Of a stretch of 64,000 bases of DNA, positions 38,294 to 51,527 are shown piece by piece. The position numbers were made by a program, and so were the translations under genes. Source of the stretch: Octopus vulgaris (Eukaryota). Below the pieces are notes generated by a model that searched no databases, was not told the DNA's origin, and saw only the letters and a list, made by a program, of their open reading frames with translations. Location: positions 40,114,001 through 40,178,000 of the forward strand of contig OX597815.1 in NCBI GenBank assembly GCA_951406725.2, given 5' to 3'. Within the stretch, counting starts at the first letter, position 1. Each line of letters starts with the position of its first letter.

Positions 38294-38594
38294 ATGCGTA
38301 TAAGAAGGGATGATCACTTAGTGGACATCCAATATGCTAGAAATAGACCACCTACGATCTAACCACAAAGGAAAAGAATGTTCTCTAGAAAAATTCAGCA
38401 AACACCAGAACATTTAATGGCGAAACTAGTCTACGATAAATTCTTTATTTTGTATATTTTCATTTGTCTTACCCACTTATGTTCTGGTGTTTGCTGAATT
38501 TTTCTAGAGAACATTCTTTTCTTTTGTGGTTAGATCGTAGGTGATCTATTTCTAACATACTTGGATGTCCACTTAGTGGTCATCCCTTCTTATA

Positions 38595-38599
<5 letters not shown>
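38294..38599. repeat. ~120-bp inverted repeat with a hammerhead 3' half in the spacer
   Basis: Arms 38294-38413 and 38479-38599; GGC-GAAA-CTAGT-C at 38419-38431. Confidence 0.9.
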
Positions 38600-38632
<33 letters not shown>

Positions 38633-38898
38633 TAAACACTGCTTGGCGCTAATATTACGGTAATTTCTTCGGCTAGGCGGTCTAATGGCGCAAATCAGCC
38701 ACTGTTGTTGACAGTATTTTAGTTAAAGCTATAGCTTCAATAGGGTCTGTCCAGAGTTGCCTCTCTTAGATATTTCCCTAACGGCTAAGGAGCTAGAAAC
38801 ATCGATGTCTGACAGATGGCGACACTGGACAGATATGGTGTTTTTACACCTATTTACCATAAGAGAAAATTTTCTCCGCGATAACTGCCGTGAATTTG

Positions 38899-38939
<41 letters not shown>

Positions 38940-39778
38940 GAGACAGACAGATAGACAGATAGACAGACAGACAGAAAGAATGTCATAATGGTATTTAGAT
39001 TATATGCACATGGAATGCAAATTACACTGATTTATTGAGAAAAGAACTTTGATCCGGACTTTGTTTGGCAATATATGATGTATTGCACTAAGTTTATATC
39101 AAATATAATTAAAATATTAATATGTAAATTTGATACATTTATTTAACATCAGTTTCTGACTATTTCTTTTAAATTGACGCCATTTTTTTTTTGATGGAAC
39201 GAGTATACTATGATGTGGGTGGGGGGTACTTTCAGCCAACAACTTTTGTTTTATAATTGCTACCAGTATTTTCTACTTGGAAAGCAAATAAGGAAAATGT
39301 CAGAATGAAAATGATACAGTGACTGACGAGTCACATAATAAATACGAAAATTTAAAAAAAAAAACATGCTCAGATGAAAATGATATAAAGTAAGTAAGAG
39401 GTAATATCATACAATAAATATAACTGCTGATTAAAAAAATAGGGCTTCTATCAGTCATCAATAAGAGCCGAGACATTCATTGAAATTGATTGCCTGGAGA
39501 AGATTTCTATGAAAAGACAACCAACTACTGCAAGAATATAATAGATGAATATGGGAAGATAAATGGATTTGTCACATGTATAAGTCAACATTCATAGACA
39601 GGTGTACAGTAAAACATTCCAAAATATAGTTCGTTCGATGTGGTAAAACTCGCGAATGTATTGAGTGTGTGCGCGCGCGCGCGTGTTTGTGTGTATGTGT
39701 ATAGTGTGATAAGTGCCCAACGCACGAAACTCACGGACCATGTGTCACTCTGCTACTTCTGCTGAATATTAATATATA

Positions 39779-39830
<52 letters not shown>

Positions 39831-41184
39831 TCCGGTTAGGGTAAAAGGTAGAGTATTTCCAGAGAAGCACTCAACCCGAATTCTGTGCTATCGTTGCTGT
39901 CGGATTCCAGACTAATGCCAAAGTTGATCATGTGTAGAAAATCCTGGTTTCACGACGGTAAAACCGTTGTGTGGTGATAGTTGTTTGATCTCGAATTTCC
40001 GTGGTGTGGAAAGCACCCCCCCCCCACCCCCAGTAGCTTGCAGTGGACAAATGATTTACAATATCAATCAATCATTTTCCTTCTTGGTAGATTATGAATT
40101 CCAGTTCATGGTTCCAAGGTTCGTTGTGATGATGGATTTTTAAAATTTATCATTTTCTTTCTTTTTTTCAGATGCAAGAACTTTTTTTTTTTTCAGATGC
40201 AAGAACCTTTGAAGCAAAGAACAAAATTTTCCAACGACAACTAGTGTTAGTAAATTAAATGCTCACAGGAAAACTGGAAAAGTTATATTAAGCTGGGACT
40301 CCAGCTAATTAACCAATCTTTATTAAATACTCTTTTTCACATCAGAGTTGTATTCTTTCAAAATTATTACTCTAAAGCGAAGAGTTTTCAAATAAATTAA
40401 TAAATCGTTTAATTATTTGATAAATAGGCAATGAAAATGGATTACCTGGCATTCTCTTGCCGTTTAAATCACTAAGAACTATGCGTGTTGTCTGATAACT
40501 AAGATGTTGATTCCTCTGCTATCTAATTTATAATTCGATGTGTTAATTGCGAAAAAAAAAATCATTCATATGATTAAAATGTAAATTAGTTAACACGAAT
40601 GTCATGTGTGAATTATTAGCTTTCACGAAAAAAGAGGTAACAACCGCCATATTTCAATAGAGGAGATTTGCCATTATTCAGATTATCGTTTCTAAAAATA
40701 CCGGATAATTTTACATTGTATGCAATCTAATATCGCAGTTTTTCAGTTGAAGACTTTACGGGTCTTAACACCAAAATTAGTTCGCAAGGCTATATTTTTT
40801 TCAAGGCATAATTGTTTCTGCTATCCAAAATATCAATGTAATATTCTCATTTTTCTTTATTTTCCCATTTTTGTGTATGAGCAGTTGAATGTTAAATAAA
40901 CATGATGTTGCAAGCCTGATATTTAAAGCATGGTATTTAAGTAATCGTAAAGAAGAGCATCAGTATGTAATTCAAAGATAAAGTAAACTGGAACAATCAG
41001 AATTCATACTTCAGTATAAGTTGATAAGTTACATCAGTTCTATACCACTATGCGCTTCATATCGTCTACTTTATACGACAATAATAATTCCTCGAAAATA
41101 ATTCAAGTGTCATTAAGTCAGTAATTAAATCTTAGTCTCCATGTTCCTGAAGCAAGTTAGTTTGATGGAGTGCAACAGACTTAA

Positions 41185-41415
41185 GGCGGCGAACTGGCAG
41201 AAACGTTAGCACGCCGGGCGAAATGCGCAGCCGTATTTCGTCTGCCGGTACGTTCTGAGTTCAAATTCCACCGAGGTCGACTTTGCCTTTCATCCTTTCG
41301 GGGTCGATAAATTTAGTACCAGTTACGCACTAGGGTCGATGTAATCGACTTTATCCGTTTGTCTGTTCTTGTTTGTCCCCTCTATGTTTAGCCCCTTGTG
41401 GGTTATAAAGAAACA
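41185..41415 (+). mobile_element. Family A SINE flanked by a 105-bp direct repeat
   Basis: 41080-41184 equals 41416-41520 with 4 mismatches. Confidence 0.92.
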
Positions 41416-41816
41416 AATAATAATTCCTCGAAAATAATTCAAGTGTCATTAAGTCACTAATTTAATCTTAGTCTCCATGTTCCTGAAGCAAGTCAGTTTG
41501 ATGGAGTGCAACAGATTTAATGATACTAATAACGACTGGGTTCATAATTATAAAGTGCATATATTAAATATAAGTTGCTCACATCAGAATCGAAACTCGA
41601 TTGTTTGTGTCGGTCCACTAGAAGCTTACTTCCCAACTTTGTCACAAATTTTAGATGCCAACTCTCTTACTGCCGGAACAAGAATTTCATACGTAAAATA
41701 CGAACAAGTTGGCAGCTACAGACAGCCATAACTCGAATAGTAAAATTCTATCGATTAAGTACATTCGGTACCAAAGCAGACTAAACTCCAACGAAAAGGA
41801 AAGGAAATACACTTAA

Positions 41817-42494
41817 CCCATTAACGGCCAAATTATATTATTCATACTTTTGGGCTTTACCAGGAATCTTTGGAGTTAACATAATATATAGCATTTAAAA
41901 TTTCATCATGTGTAAATTATTTTGGAAATTATGATAAATTTTTCGAAAAGTCCCAAATAGGAATAGCTGAAAAATGCTTACCCTATTTACCCTTTTCTAT
42001 TCAATTTCAATAATAAACATTTTAGTTTTTTTTCTTAAACTGTAGTATCAAATGCGAATGTGTATGAAATATCAATGAATGATATAGATAAGAATGCAAA
42101 AAAAAAAAAAACCTTTCCAAAACAGTCGATATTTTTGTAGTTCAAAAATTGCGATTTATGACATAAAATGTCCTCCACAATTAGCCAGAGCTAATAATGA
42201 CAAATTTTAACTACTAAATATTTATTTCTTTACTACCCACAAGGGGCTAAACACAGAGAAGTCGACCTCGGCGGAATTTGAACTCGGAACGTAACGACAG
42301 ACGAAATACGGCTACGCAGGTCGCCCGGCGTGCTAACGTTTCTGCCAGCTCGCCGCCTTTTTAACTACTAAATATTGTTAAACACACCACTGCAAATGCA
42401 ATGTAAATAAGCAATTCACTTTAAATACAACGAACAACCGGTAGTGAGACTGATTTTAGCAGTTCCACAAATGGAGCTCATGGCAAGCAATGGG
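41817..42494. mobile_element. Non-autonomous piggyBac-like element with a nested SINE (about 42222-42357)
   Basis: TTAA-CCCATTAACGGCCA ... TGGCAAGCAATGGG-TTAA; nested SINE TSD TTTTAACTACTAAATAT. Confidence 0.75.
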
Positions 42495-43599
42495 TTAATA
42501 TGGAAATAGTAGGATATTAAAATAAGTTTCTGTCTGTGATGCAAATTAAATTCCTTTGTATCATAAAAGTATTGATATCACTGTAACCGTTAGGTATATA
42601 GCAAAATATTACTTTGTACAAAAATATTATATAGTTATACTACTTTATGCTACAAAATAAAACTGCAAAATAAAACTGGTATATAAACTACCTTTCTATT
42701 ATATTCGTACAATAATCTACATATTAACTCCAGTAAATTGCTTGCAAAAACATCATAGACTAGACACACTTAACAAGTTCTGAACAAAACAGTCAGAATA
42801 CCTTCGAGCAATCAACACTTCCCAACTCAATATACATAATCACATACAACTTGAATATGGTAGGCTTCTTAAATGCAGTGTTTTAGAGGACCTCCGTCGG
42901 TCATCGTTGACTATGCATGCGCAGACCTGAGCAAGGTTTTTTTTACGAAAATTAGCAGTTGCTAATTCATGGAAGTACTCCTTCTCCACGACACTAACGA
43001 TTAGCCAAGGGAAAGACTGCCAACTTGAATTGATTCAATTTGCTTTCAATGTCGACATGCATTGACAAGCAAGAAAGAAAAACTCGATTAAAATCATTCG
43101 ATGGAAATTTGTTAACAAAAAACATGATACTTGTTCAAATGGATCTGATTTAGTGAAGCCAAAATACAAGCTACGCACTTTTTAGATCTTCTCAGAGAAG
43201 CATATTCTAATTTAGTCAACAAGAGTAAGAATATGAAAAAAAAAATAGAGAAATAGAGGGTATTTAGTGATATTGATTATGAATATCATTAAATGCCTAA
43301 GTTGAAATCCCACCGAGCTCAACTTTGCCTTTTCATCCTTCCGATAGAATAAAGTATCAATGAATTACTGTTGTCTATATAAACGACTACACTCACCACT
43401 AAAAGTTATAGGCCATATGTCTAAATTAGAAACAATTATTATCATTATTCCGCTTGTTGCACAGTATTCGTTGCTGGTGGTGTAATACGGGTGCCTGCTG
43501 ACAACAACCAACAGACTGAGGTGGCACTTTCAATTGTCAAGCACTTTTCTAAGTATTCTAGCACTTCCAAAGAGTGAGTGTTGTTATTATTATTATTAT

Positions 43600-44630
43600 T
43601 CTTTTTAGCACAGATTTTGCTGTAACTCCTGAGTCTTACATGTGTAGTGGAATTGCTACCTGCAGCCTATGGTACCATGCTATCTGCTCTTTCCAACTAT
43701 CTAATACTTTCCTGATTATTCTGGCCGTGCCAAGGGAGCAAACCTTTTGTAAGAGTTCTACTGGGCACTTCCTTTATATTCTGCTTGATTCCTTCTGGTA
43801 CTGTCCCCAAGGATCAAACAATAATTGACATTATCTTCTCCTTCTTCATTTTCCATAGCTGCGCTATTTCGTACTTAAGAGGATTTTATTTACCTATTTT
43901 TTCGCCTTCTTTCTTGACTATTCGTAGGTCAAAGGAGCACGCAACATCAACTGTATAGCATGTGTGCCTCTTGTCCACCACCACCAGGTCCGGTCTGTTA
44001 TGCTCTAGCAGCTGATCTGTTTGGATTGGGAAACCCTAGAGGATTTTGCAAGTCTACGACGTAGCCACACTTTGCAGTTTGTGCTCAAACCACGTCTTAC
44101 TTCTCTCTGGCCCCCACTTTTCGCACTGTTTCCAATGTAGCACTTCTGCTGCCTCATTGTGCAGCCACAGCTTGTAGCGGTTTTGCATTCGTTCGCAATA
44201 TGAGCAATGGTTTCAACCACTCTGTTACAGATGCAGCACAGCGGATACACTTGCTCATTCCTGAGGTTGACCTTCCAATTCGTAGTCAAAGTTTGGTCTT
44301 GCACTGCCAGTATAGTGCTCTCAGTTACTTTTTCCAGTGTTCATTTCTTCAGTCAATCCCACCTATGTTTTCCAGCAACTTAAGCTCTGGCTGCATAGAG
44401 CTGATTGTGTAGTTCCTTGTTGCATAATGCTTCTTCATGTCCTTTTTGCACTTCTTCCTTTGTTTCCCCTTTTTGTCTGCTTTCACTATTTCCTCATTCC
44501 TAACTGACACTAGCAAGGTTTCCTTACTTTGGGATAGGTACCCCATTAAGCTCCCGAGTTCGATACATACGCAGTCTTCCACTCTTACCAGTCCTCTTCC
44601 TTCATTTGCTCTTTCCATGTATAGGTAGTG
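43600..44630 (-). mobile_element. R4/Dong-clade (RLE) non-LTR retrotransposon 3' remnant
   Basis: EGRGL, QDQTL, CCICNRVVETIAHIANEC (CCHC), HNRPDLVVVD..VDV (RLE) and LGTARIIRKVLD; ends in (TAA)n. Confidence 0.9.
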
Positions 44631-44907
44631 TCTGTACGTGGATAACGAGGTCTATGTATCGTTAGGGTCTTGCATGCGTGGCGGGCTTACTGCTTGCAGC
44701 CTACGGTACCATGCTTTCCATTCTTTTCGGCTATCTAATACTTTCCTGATTATTCTGGCCATACCAAGGAGGTAAACTTTTTGTAACAGGTCTACTGAGC
44801 ACACTATTCTAATTTCCTTTATATTCTTCTTGGTGCCTTCTGATACTGTTCCCAAGAACCAAACAATAATTGGCACTATCTTCACCTTATTCATATTCCA
44901 TAGCCAG

Positions 44908-46776
44908 TATAGTGATTTCAGATTACCTCCCACTCAGATAACCCCCACCCACCCCGGCAACTTGAAATCGCTTTCAGATTACCCCCGGGAGTAACTTGAA
45001 ATCGATTTCAAGTTACCCCCTACGATTTCAGATTACCTCCACCTAAAATCTTTCCCTAAATGTTCGTCACCGTGATAGCAAATAGGAGAAATATTATGTT
45101 TATTATTATTATCATCATCATCATCATTTTTCTTTCGTAACTTACAAATATAATTACCAAAAAGTATAATAATAATACAAGTTTGCATCAATGTATGTGT
45201 TGATGTTTATTATGTGTGTGCATGAGTAATGTACATTTGTAAATGAAAGAGAAATTCAGAGCTTTCATTTAGTTGGAGTTTCACTTAGTTACTTAGAAAT
45301 GAAGAAATTTGAAAGAAGCATATCCAGAATGGCTACTTTTAGTATATTAGAATAGCTCAGTCTGTTCAAAAAGAACAATACAATGGGAAACACAAGCAAC
45401 AGCAGTTCAGCATTAGAAATAAAGTTCTGCTCAAAAATCTGATTAGAGAGGATAAAAGGGAGGACATTTTACGGAACGCCGCACAGGTCGTTACACTGTT
45501 GCAGAAGTTTGTGACAAAAATACATATCGACTTTCAAATAGCAATAAAGTACTAGAAAGAAAGTAAATGCTACCAACCTCATTCGATGTATTGAGTAACC
45601 ACCAGCAAGTAAAAAATTTTAAAAGCTCCAAAATTAGAAGAAAAAACTGCAGTGATGTTTTGATGTATATAAATACATTTCGTTACCAATTTAAAGCGTA
45701 TAAATAAATTTCGCTTTGTATATAAAACACATATTGTTCTTCAAATCAATCTCTTATCGTTACATTCTGTCAACTCAACTCAGTCCACTATAAATAATAT
45801 CCATCTGCTACATATCTATTGGAAAAACGTATTCTAATCCGGTAATTGTTCAGTGTAGTTATATAAAAAAAGTGAATAAAATTAAGGGGAGATATGTAGT
45901 AAAAGAAGCAGCTTACTTTTTATACAGTATTAAGACTGGCGATCGCCGCCAGAAAGTGAACAAATGTCTTCTTAGTGAAATTGTGCCAGAGAAACTCATT
46001 GCAGATACGAAACAAACAATTCGTCCGACGTCCCAAAATCTCGTCTCAACTTCCGTTTCACAGGCATTCACATATTTTCCACATTTTGTGTGAACGTCTT
46101 GATCATGAAGGATCAACAAAATGTTATTGGTGTATAATCCATTGAGGATACCGATGTTATTATATGCTTGCCATCCATCGCTGGCTGTGTGAGACTCAGG
46201 TAAAAATCCACCTTTATATCAGCTCAGTTAAAGTTTCTTCTGTGCGGTCAGGTGCTTCGACCAAAAAACACTTTCTTGAGACTCTCTCTATGTCACCGAA
46301 TATCCAATATCCCTTTGCTTCTTTTACTACTTATCTCCCCCTTAATTTTTATTAACCTTTTTTATATAACTAAATTGAACAATTACTTCTAATCCAAATC
46401 ACTTTCTCATAAATAAAAAAAAATAATAAAATGTTTTTATTTAATAAAAAATGCAATGCAGATAGTTAACATTTTTTTCAGCGTATCATAAAAGTGTTTT
46501 TAAAAAATCTAATATTTTTGTCGTATTTTCATATTTTAAGATTAGTTTACAATCTTGAATGTAATCTGTGGTTAATGTAATAAATATATCAGGAGTAGTA
46601 AGTCTTAGAATTTATTATTTTAGCAAAATCCTTGAAGAGGTAATGTGAACAGCGCGGGGGTAATATGAAATCGGTTTCAGGCTACCTTCCCACCCCCACC
46701 CACGGTAATTTGAAATGTATTTCAGATTACAGGGAGGTGGCTTCAAATGGGGAGGGGGTAACTTGAAATCTTTACA
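44908..46776 (+). mobile_element. Ginger1-type DNA transposon remnant
   Basis: T(A)T..ACA termini, subterminal GATTTCAAGTTACC repeats in both TIRs, decayed CCGG TSD (CCAG/TCGG), integrase C-terminal GPY/F-like domain IRIAQSVQKEQYN..FSIRNKVLLKN..TGRYTV..TYRL at about 45343-45598. Confidence 0.8.
45841..46387 (-). mobile_element. Merlin (IS1595/IS1016-like) transposon, internally deleted
   Basis: ~70-bp TIRs starting GGTAATTGTTCA; 8-bp TSD TCTAATCC (45833-45840, 46388-46395); remnants GYWIFGDIERVSRKCFLVEAPDRTEETL, SDGWQAY, FVDP and EFLW. Confidence 0.92.
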
Positions 46777-47163
46777 TCGGGCTATTTCGTACTTAAGAGG
46801 ATTCTATCAATCTATCTTTTCGTCTTCCTTCTTGACTATTTGTGGGTCAAAGCGGCATGCAACATCGACTATATAGCACGTGTGGTCCACCTTGTCCACC
46901 ACCACTAGGTCCGGTCTGTTATGCTCTAGCACCTGATCTGTTTGGATTGGGAAATCTCAGAGGATTTTGCTAGTCTCCGACTCTGCTACTCTCTGCGGTT
47001 TGTGCTCATATCACGTCTTGCCTCTCTCTAGCCTCCACTTTTCGCAGTTTCCAATTTTATCTCTTTCGCTAACTAGTCGTGTCGCCACAGCTTGTAGTGG
47101 TTTGGGACAACTCTAGAGCTATTATTATAATTATAAGTAGTAGTAGTAGTAGTAGTAGTAGTA

Positions 47164-47208
<45 letters not shown>

Positions 47209-47739
47209 AAGAAGAAGAGGTGGTGGTGCGGCGATGATACTCTAATGAATTGTTTGGCAATGTAGCTAAAGAGAAATGACAGAAATCCAATTTGTATGCT
47301 TGAAGAATCAAATCATTTTGGGGGGAAACTAGAGAAATTTTCTGACAGCGTATTTAATCAAATCATTGGAAAAGGTTTAACAAATCTCTTCATTGAATGA
47401 TAGGGCTATCATCAAATATTTCATCTCCATGCTGTGTAACATGGGAAGTATAATTTCAAATCATCCTTGCAAGTTATCGAGCTATTTTTCAATTTGACAA
47501 ATACTGACGTTGAAAAGTCACAAATTTTGTCTTAACACTGTGATCTTTGACTTCTTTCATAGTTGAAGTGAATAAAATTATATAAAGCATTAACTTGGCA
47601 TTGAAGAGTCTATTCACGCTATAAAAGTGTTAATTCATAGCATGGAGTTTGTTTAAAGTCTGGAAATTGTCGGCGGGTAAATTTCAAACCCAGACTTAGA
47701 TTAGACAATATTTTACAAATGAAGAGTGTTCCGAAATTT

Positions 47740-47757
47740 ATGCAAGTGTGGGCGTAA

Positions 47758-47793
<36 letters not shown>

Positions 47794-47972
47794 TTTTTTT
47801 TTTCTTCTTTCAAATTTGCTTCCATTTCTTGCCGAGTGTCTTCCCGACTCCTAGGGCAAAGAAACTCATAGTATACATTGGTAGGCCATTAAACCAAACT
47901 CAATAGTTCGTTCATTTTTTTTTTCATTTTTTTTTTTAAGTTAAATTAAAATACATGCAAGTGTGGGCGTAA

Positions 47973-48026
<54 letters not shown>

Positions 48027-48249
48027 CATCATTATTATTTTCTTTTTCTTTCAAATTTGCTTCCATTTCTTGCCGAGTGTCTTCCCGACTCCTAGGACAA
48101 AGAAACTCATAGTATATATTGGTAGGCCATTAAACTAAACAATAGTTCGTTCATTTTTTTTTTAAGTTAAATTAAAATACATGGGTAGTAATAGTTCTCA
48201 CATCGACAATGCTCTTCTCAATACGTGTGATGTACCAGTTAAGACAATC

Positions 48250-48250
<1 letters not shown>
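47740..48250 (-). mobile_element. R4/Dong-type 3' end inside (TAA)n with a ~215-bp tandem duplication
   Basis: KIVLTGTSHVLRRALSM* at about 48197-48250; duplicated units 47740-47954 and 47955-48180. Confidence 0.75.
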
Positions 48251-48309
<59 letters not shown>

Positions 48310-48315
<6 letters not shown>

Positions 48316-49655
48316 GACATAGGTCGTTTAATCTGCCCATGTTGATAAAGTAAGTCTTCTTCCTGTTCCTTTTCGTTGCAGACAAATAGTATGTCACAAG
48401 CAGAAGCAACGTGCTGTCATTGAGTTCTTGGCGTAGGAAAGGTGCGAGCAGTCTGACATCATGGAGAAAGCTACGGAGAAAGCTGCAGGTTGTTTATGGA
48501 AATGATGCCAATGACAAGAACAATGTGTACAGATGGATGAAGAAGTTTTGAAGAAGGAAAAGCAGCTTTGAAGACAAACCACGCAGCGAGAGAGCATTAA
48601 CTGTTGTCACTGGCACGAATCGCTAGTGAGTGGACAAATTGTTTCACGTGAACAGATAAGTCATAATCTGTGAGTGTGTTGGACAGCTGGACTGTGATCC
48701 CGATGCATTACAGAAGACTGCGGCAGATTTTGAATATCGGAAAGTATGTGCAAAATGGGGATCTCGGCAGGTGACACACCATTTGAAAGACAGAAGGGTG
48801 CTCTAATCTGCTAAAATGTTCGAAACCAACGAAGACAACGTTTATTTCCGATCTGGTGACAGGACGAAATGTGGTCGTATCTATATGATCCAGAAATGAA
48901 GGTTTAGTTCATAGAATGGCGCTACACTTCTTCTCCAATGCCTAATAAGTTCAAGGACCAACGATCAGTACAGAAAGGCATGGTGAATATTTGGTGTGTA
49001 ACAAAGGCTCCATTCTCATTGAAACTTTTGAAATGTAGCTGCTCAGTGGTCTTTCATCCTTTCGGGGTCGATAAATTAAGCACCAGTTTCGCACTGGGGT
49101 CGATGTAATCGACTTAATCCCTTTGTCTGTCCTTGTTTTTCCCCTCTAACTTTAGCCCCTTGTGGGTAGTAAAGAGATAGGTAATATTGTGACACTCAAA
49201 GAGCTTAGTAGGAGGAAGAGGCCGAACAAGAATCTAAAAATAGTTTACATTCCTCATGACAGTGTACGACCATGCACATCTTTAGCAACAAATCGGGCAA
49301 TTGGCAAATTGGGCTGATCAGTGATGCTCCGTCCGCCAATAAAACCGGATATAGTACCTTTAGATTTTCACATGTTCGGTTCAATAAAGGGTAGTTTCAG
49401 AGACACCGATTTTATGACACAGACGATGAGTAAAAGGCTGTAAAAATTGATATAACAGTGCACGCCTGAATTTTTTCAAAAAGGATTCGAGAATTGGGTT
49501 CAACAATGACATAAATGCATCGCTTGTGATGGAAACTGTGTTAAGTAGTACCTTTGTATAGACGGAGAGCTAATCTAATCAACATATGCAATTTGAACGA
49601 CCTCTGGCACTTAAAAAGTTATACCCGCTTTTGCGTTACATTTGATACAGCCCAC
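48310..49655 (+). mobile_element. Decayed mariner transposon interrupted by a SINE fragment (49050-49182)
   Basis: KQRAVIEFL, YRKVCAKW, LVT-DEMWSYLYDPE, HDSVRP, PPIKPDIVPLDFHMFG and *HKCIACDG. Confidence 0.88.
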
Positions 49656-49690
49656 TTGTGTGTGTACATAATATATCTGTACCATATATA

Positions 49691-50075
49691 CTTTTCTACT
49701 TTAGGCACAAGGCCCGAAATTTTGGCGGAGGGGGCCAGGACCCCAGTACGCAAATGGTACTTAATTTATCGACCCCGAAAGGACGAAAGGTAAAGTCGAC
49801 CTCGGCAGAATTTGAACTCAGAACATAAAGACAGACGAAATACCTATTTCTTTATTACCCACAAGGGGCTAAACATAGAGGGGACAAACAAGGACAGACA
49901 TAGGTATTAAGTCGATTACATCGACCCCAGTGCGTAACTGGTGCTTAATTTATCGACCCCGAAAGGACGAAAGGCAAAGTCGACCTCGGCGGAATTTGAA
50001 CTCAGAACATAAAGACAGACGAAATACCGCTAAGCATTTCACCCGGCGTGCTAACGCTTCTGCCAGCTCGCCGCC
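49691..50075 (-). mobile_element. Dimeric family A SINE with a single 17-bp TSD
   Basis: TSD TATCTGTACCATATATA flanks both units together. Confidence 0.9.
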
Positions 50076-50209
50076 TTATCTGTACCATATATAGTGCAAG
50101 AAATGCTATTTCGACAGCCTTCCATTTCTTCCTAATATCAAATCCTTGGCTTAATACCAACTAACAGAGATACACCGCGTTGCTCGGTATTAAATGGCAT
50201 AGTTTTTTA

Positions 50210-50496
50210 TTCATTTACTTGTTTCAGTCATTTGACTGCGGCCATGCTGGAACTCCGCCTTTGGTTGAAAACAAATCGACCCCTGGACTTATTTTTGTAA
50301 TTCTAGTACTTATTCTATCGGTGTCTTTTGCCGAAATGCTAAGTAAGTTACGGGGACGTAAACACATCAACATCGATTGTCAGCCGATGGTTGGGGTACT
50401 AACACAAATACACACAAATATGCACTTATATACGATGGGCTTCTTTCAGTTTCTGTCTACCAAATCCACTCACAAGGCTTTAATCGGCCCGAGGCT

Positions 50497-50497
<1 letters not shown>
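50210..50497 (-). mobile_element. Family B (CORE-type) SINE, 5' truncated
   Basis: Similar to 52590-52992. Confidence 0.8.
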
Positions 50498-50567
<70 letters not shown>

Positions 50568-51142
50568 TGTGTGTGTGTATGTATGTATGTATGTATGTAT
50601 GTATGTATGTATGTATATAAATGTATGAGTATGTATGTATGTATGTATGTATGTATTGTGTTTAATGAAATATATTATACTATAAACGTATTTTAACGAT
50701 GAATAACAACTTGAAAAAATAACTTATCCAGTCCCTTCTTATATCTTATCCATTGATAAAAAATTGGTACTTATAATTTCCATCATAGAATTTCCTCCTG
50801 TATTGCTCATATATTTTGGTAAATGCACATTTAATCCCCCTAATTAGACGGATACACGTTTTTACTTTTATAATAATATATGGTTTCATACATTTGTAAT
50901 ACCTTATTTCTCGTAAACAATCTAAAAACCACATCCCCTAGTCATATCACTATAACCTATTATATTATACTCACTAACCTATACACTCATCAACTTTTTA
51001 CTAATATAATTCTTAATTTAATTTAATTTAATTTAATATAATCGAATCTAGTTTCAATATCTATTTTTACTCTCATACCTACCCATAGTTAACTATAAAT
51101 TATTTGTTTCTATGTTTTCATACATATATAACTTTTATATAG

Positions 51143-51527
51143 TGGAGGCGCAATGGCCCAGTGGTTAGGGCAGCGGACTCGCGGTCGTAGGATCGCGGTT
51201 TCGATTCCCAGACCGGGCGTTGTGAGTGTTTATTGAGCGAAAACACCTAAAGCTCCACGAGGCTCCGGCAGGGATGGTGGTGATCCCTGCTGTACTCTTT
51301 CACCACAACTTTCTCTCACTCTTACTTCCTGTTTCTGTTGTACCTGTATTTCAAAGGGCCGGCCTTGTCACTCTCTGTGTCACGCTGAATGTCCCCGAGA
51401 ACTACGTTAAGGGTACACGTGTCTGTGGTGTGCTCAGCCACTTACACGTTAATTTCACGAGCAGGCTGTTCCGTTGATTCGGATCAACCGGAACTCTCGT
51501 CGTCGTAACCGACGGAGTGCTTCCAAC
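51143..51527 (+). mobile_element. tRNA-derived SINE, family C1, full length
   Basis: Head GGCGCAATGGCCCAGTGGTTAGGGCAGCGGAC..GGTTTCGATTCCC (A and B boxes); TSD AACTTTTATATAG (51130-51142, 51528-51540). Confidence 0.92.

Larger units (their letters stand above)
44650..47110 (-). mobile_element. Second R4/Dong remnant, split by the Ginger1 insertion (pieces 44650-44903 and 46781-47110)
   Basis: Both pieces align with 43660-44190 and rejoin seamlessly across the insertion. Confidence 0.88.

Noticed and set aside
39316-39356. CTGACGA...GAAA hammerhead-like spacing
   Set aside because: No stem I, only a 2-bp stem II, and a competing hairpin GTGACT/AGTCAC sequesters the core.
40162-40206. Duplicated acceptor-like TTTTTTTCAGATGCAAGAAC
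   Set aside because: Simple slippage duplication; downstream frames close quickly.
51143-51220. tRNA-like sequence (also at 51979)
   Set aside because: SINE head: continues into a repeat body with a TSD and lacks a proper acceptor stem.
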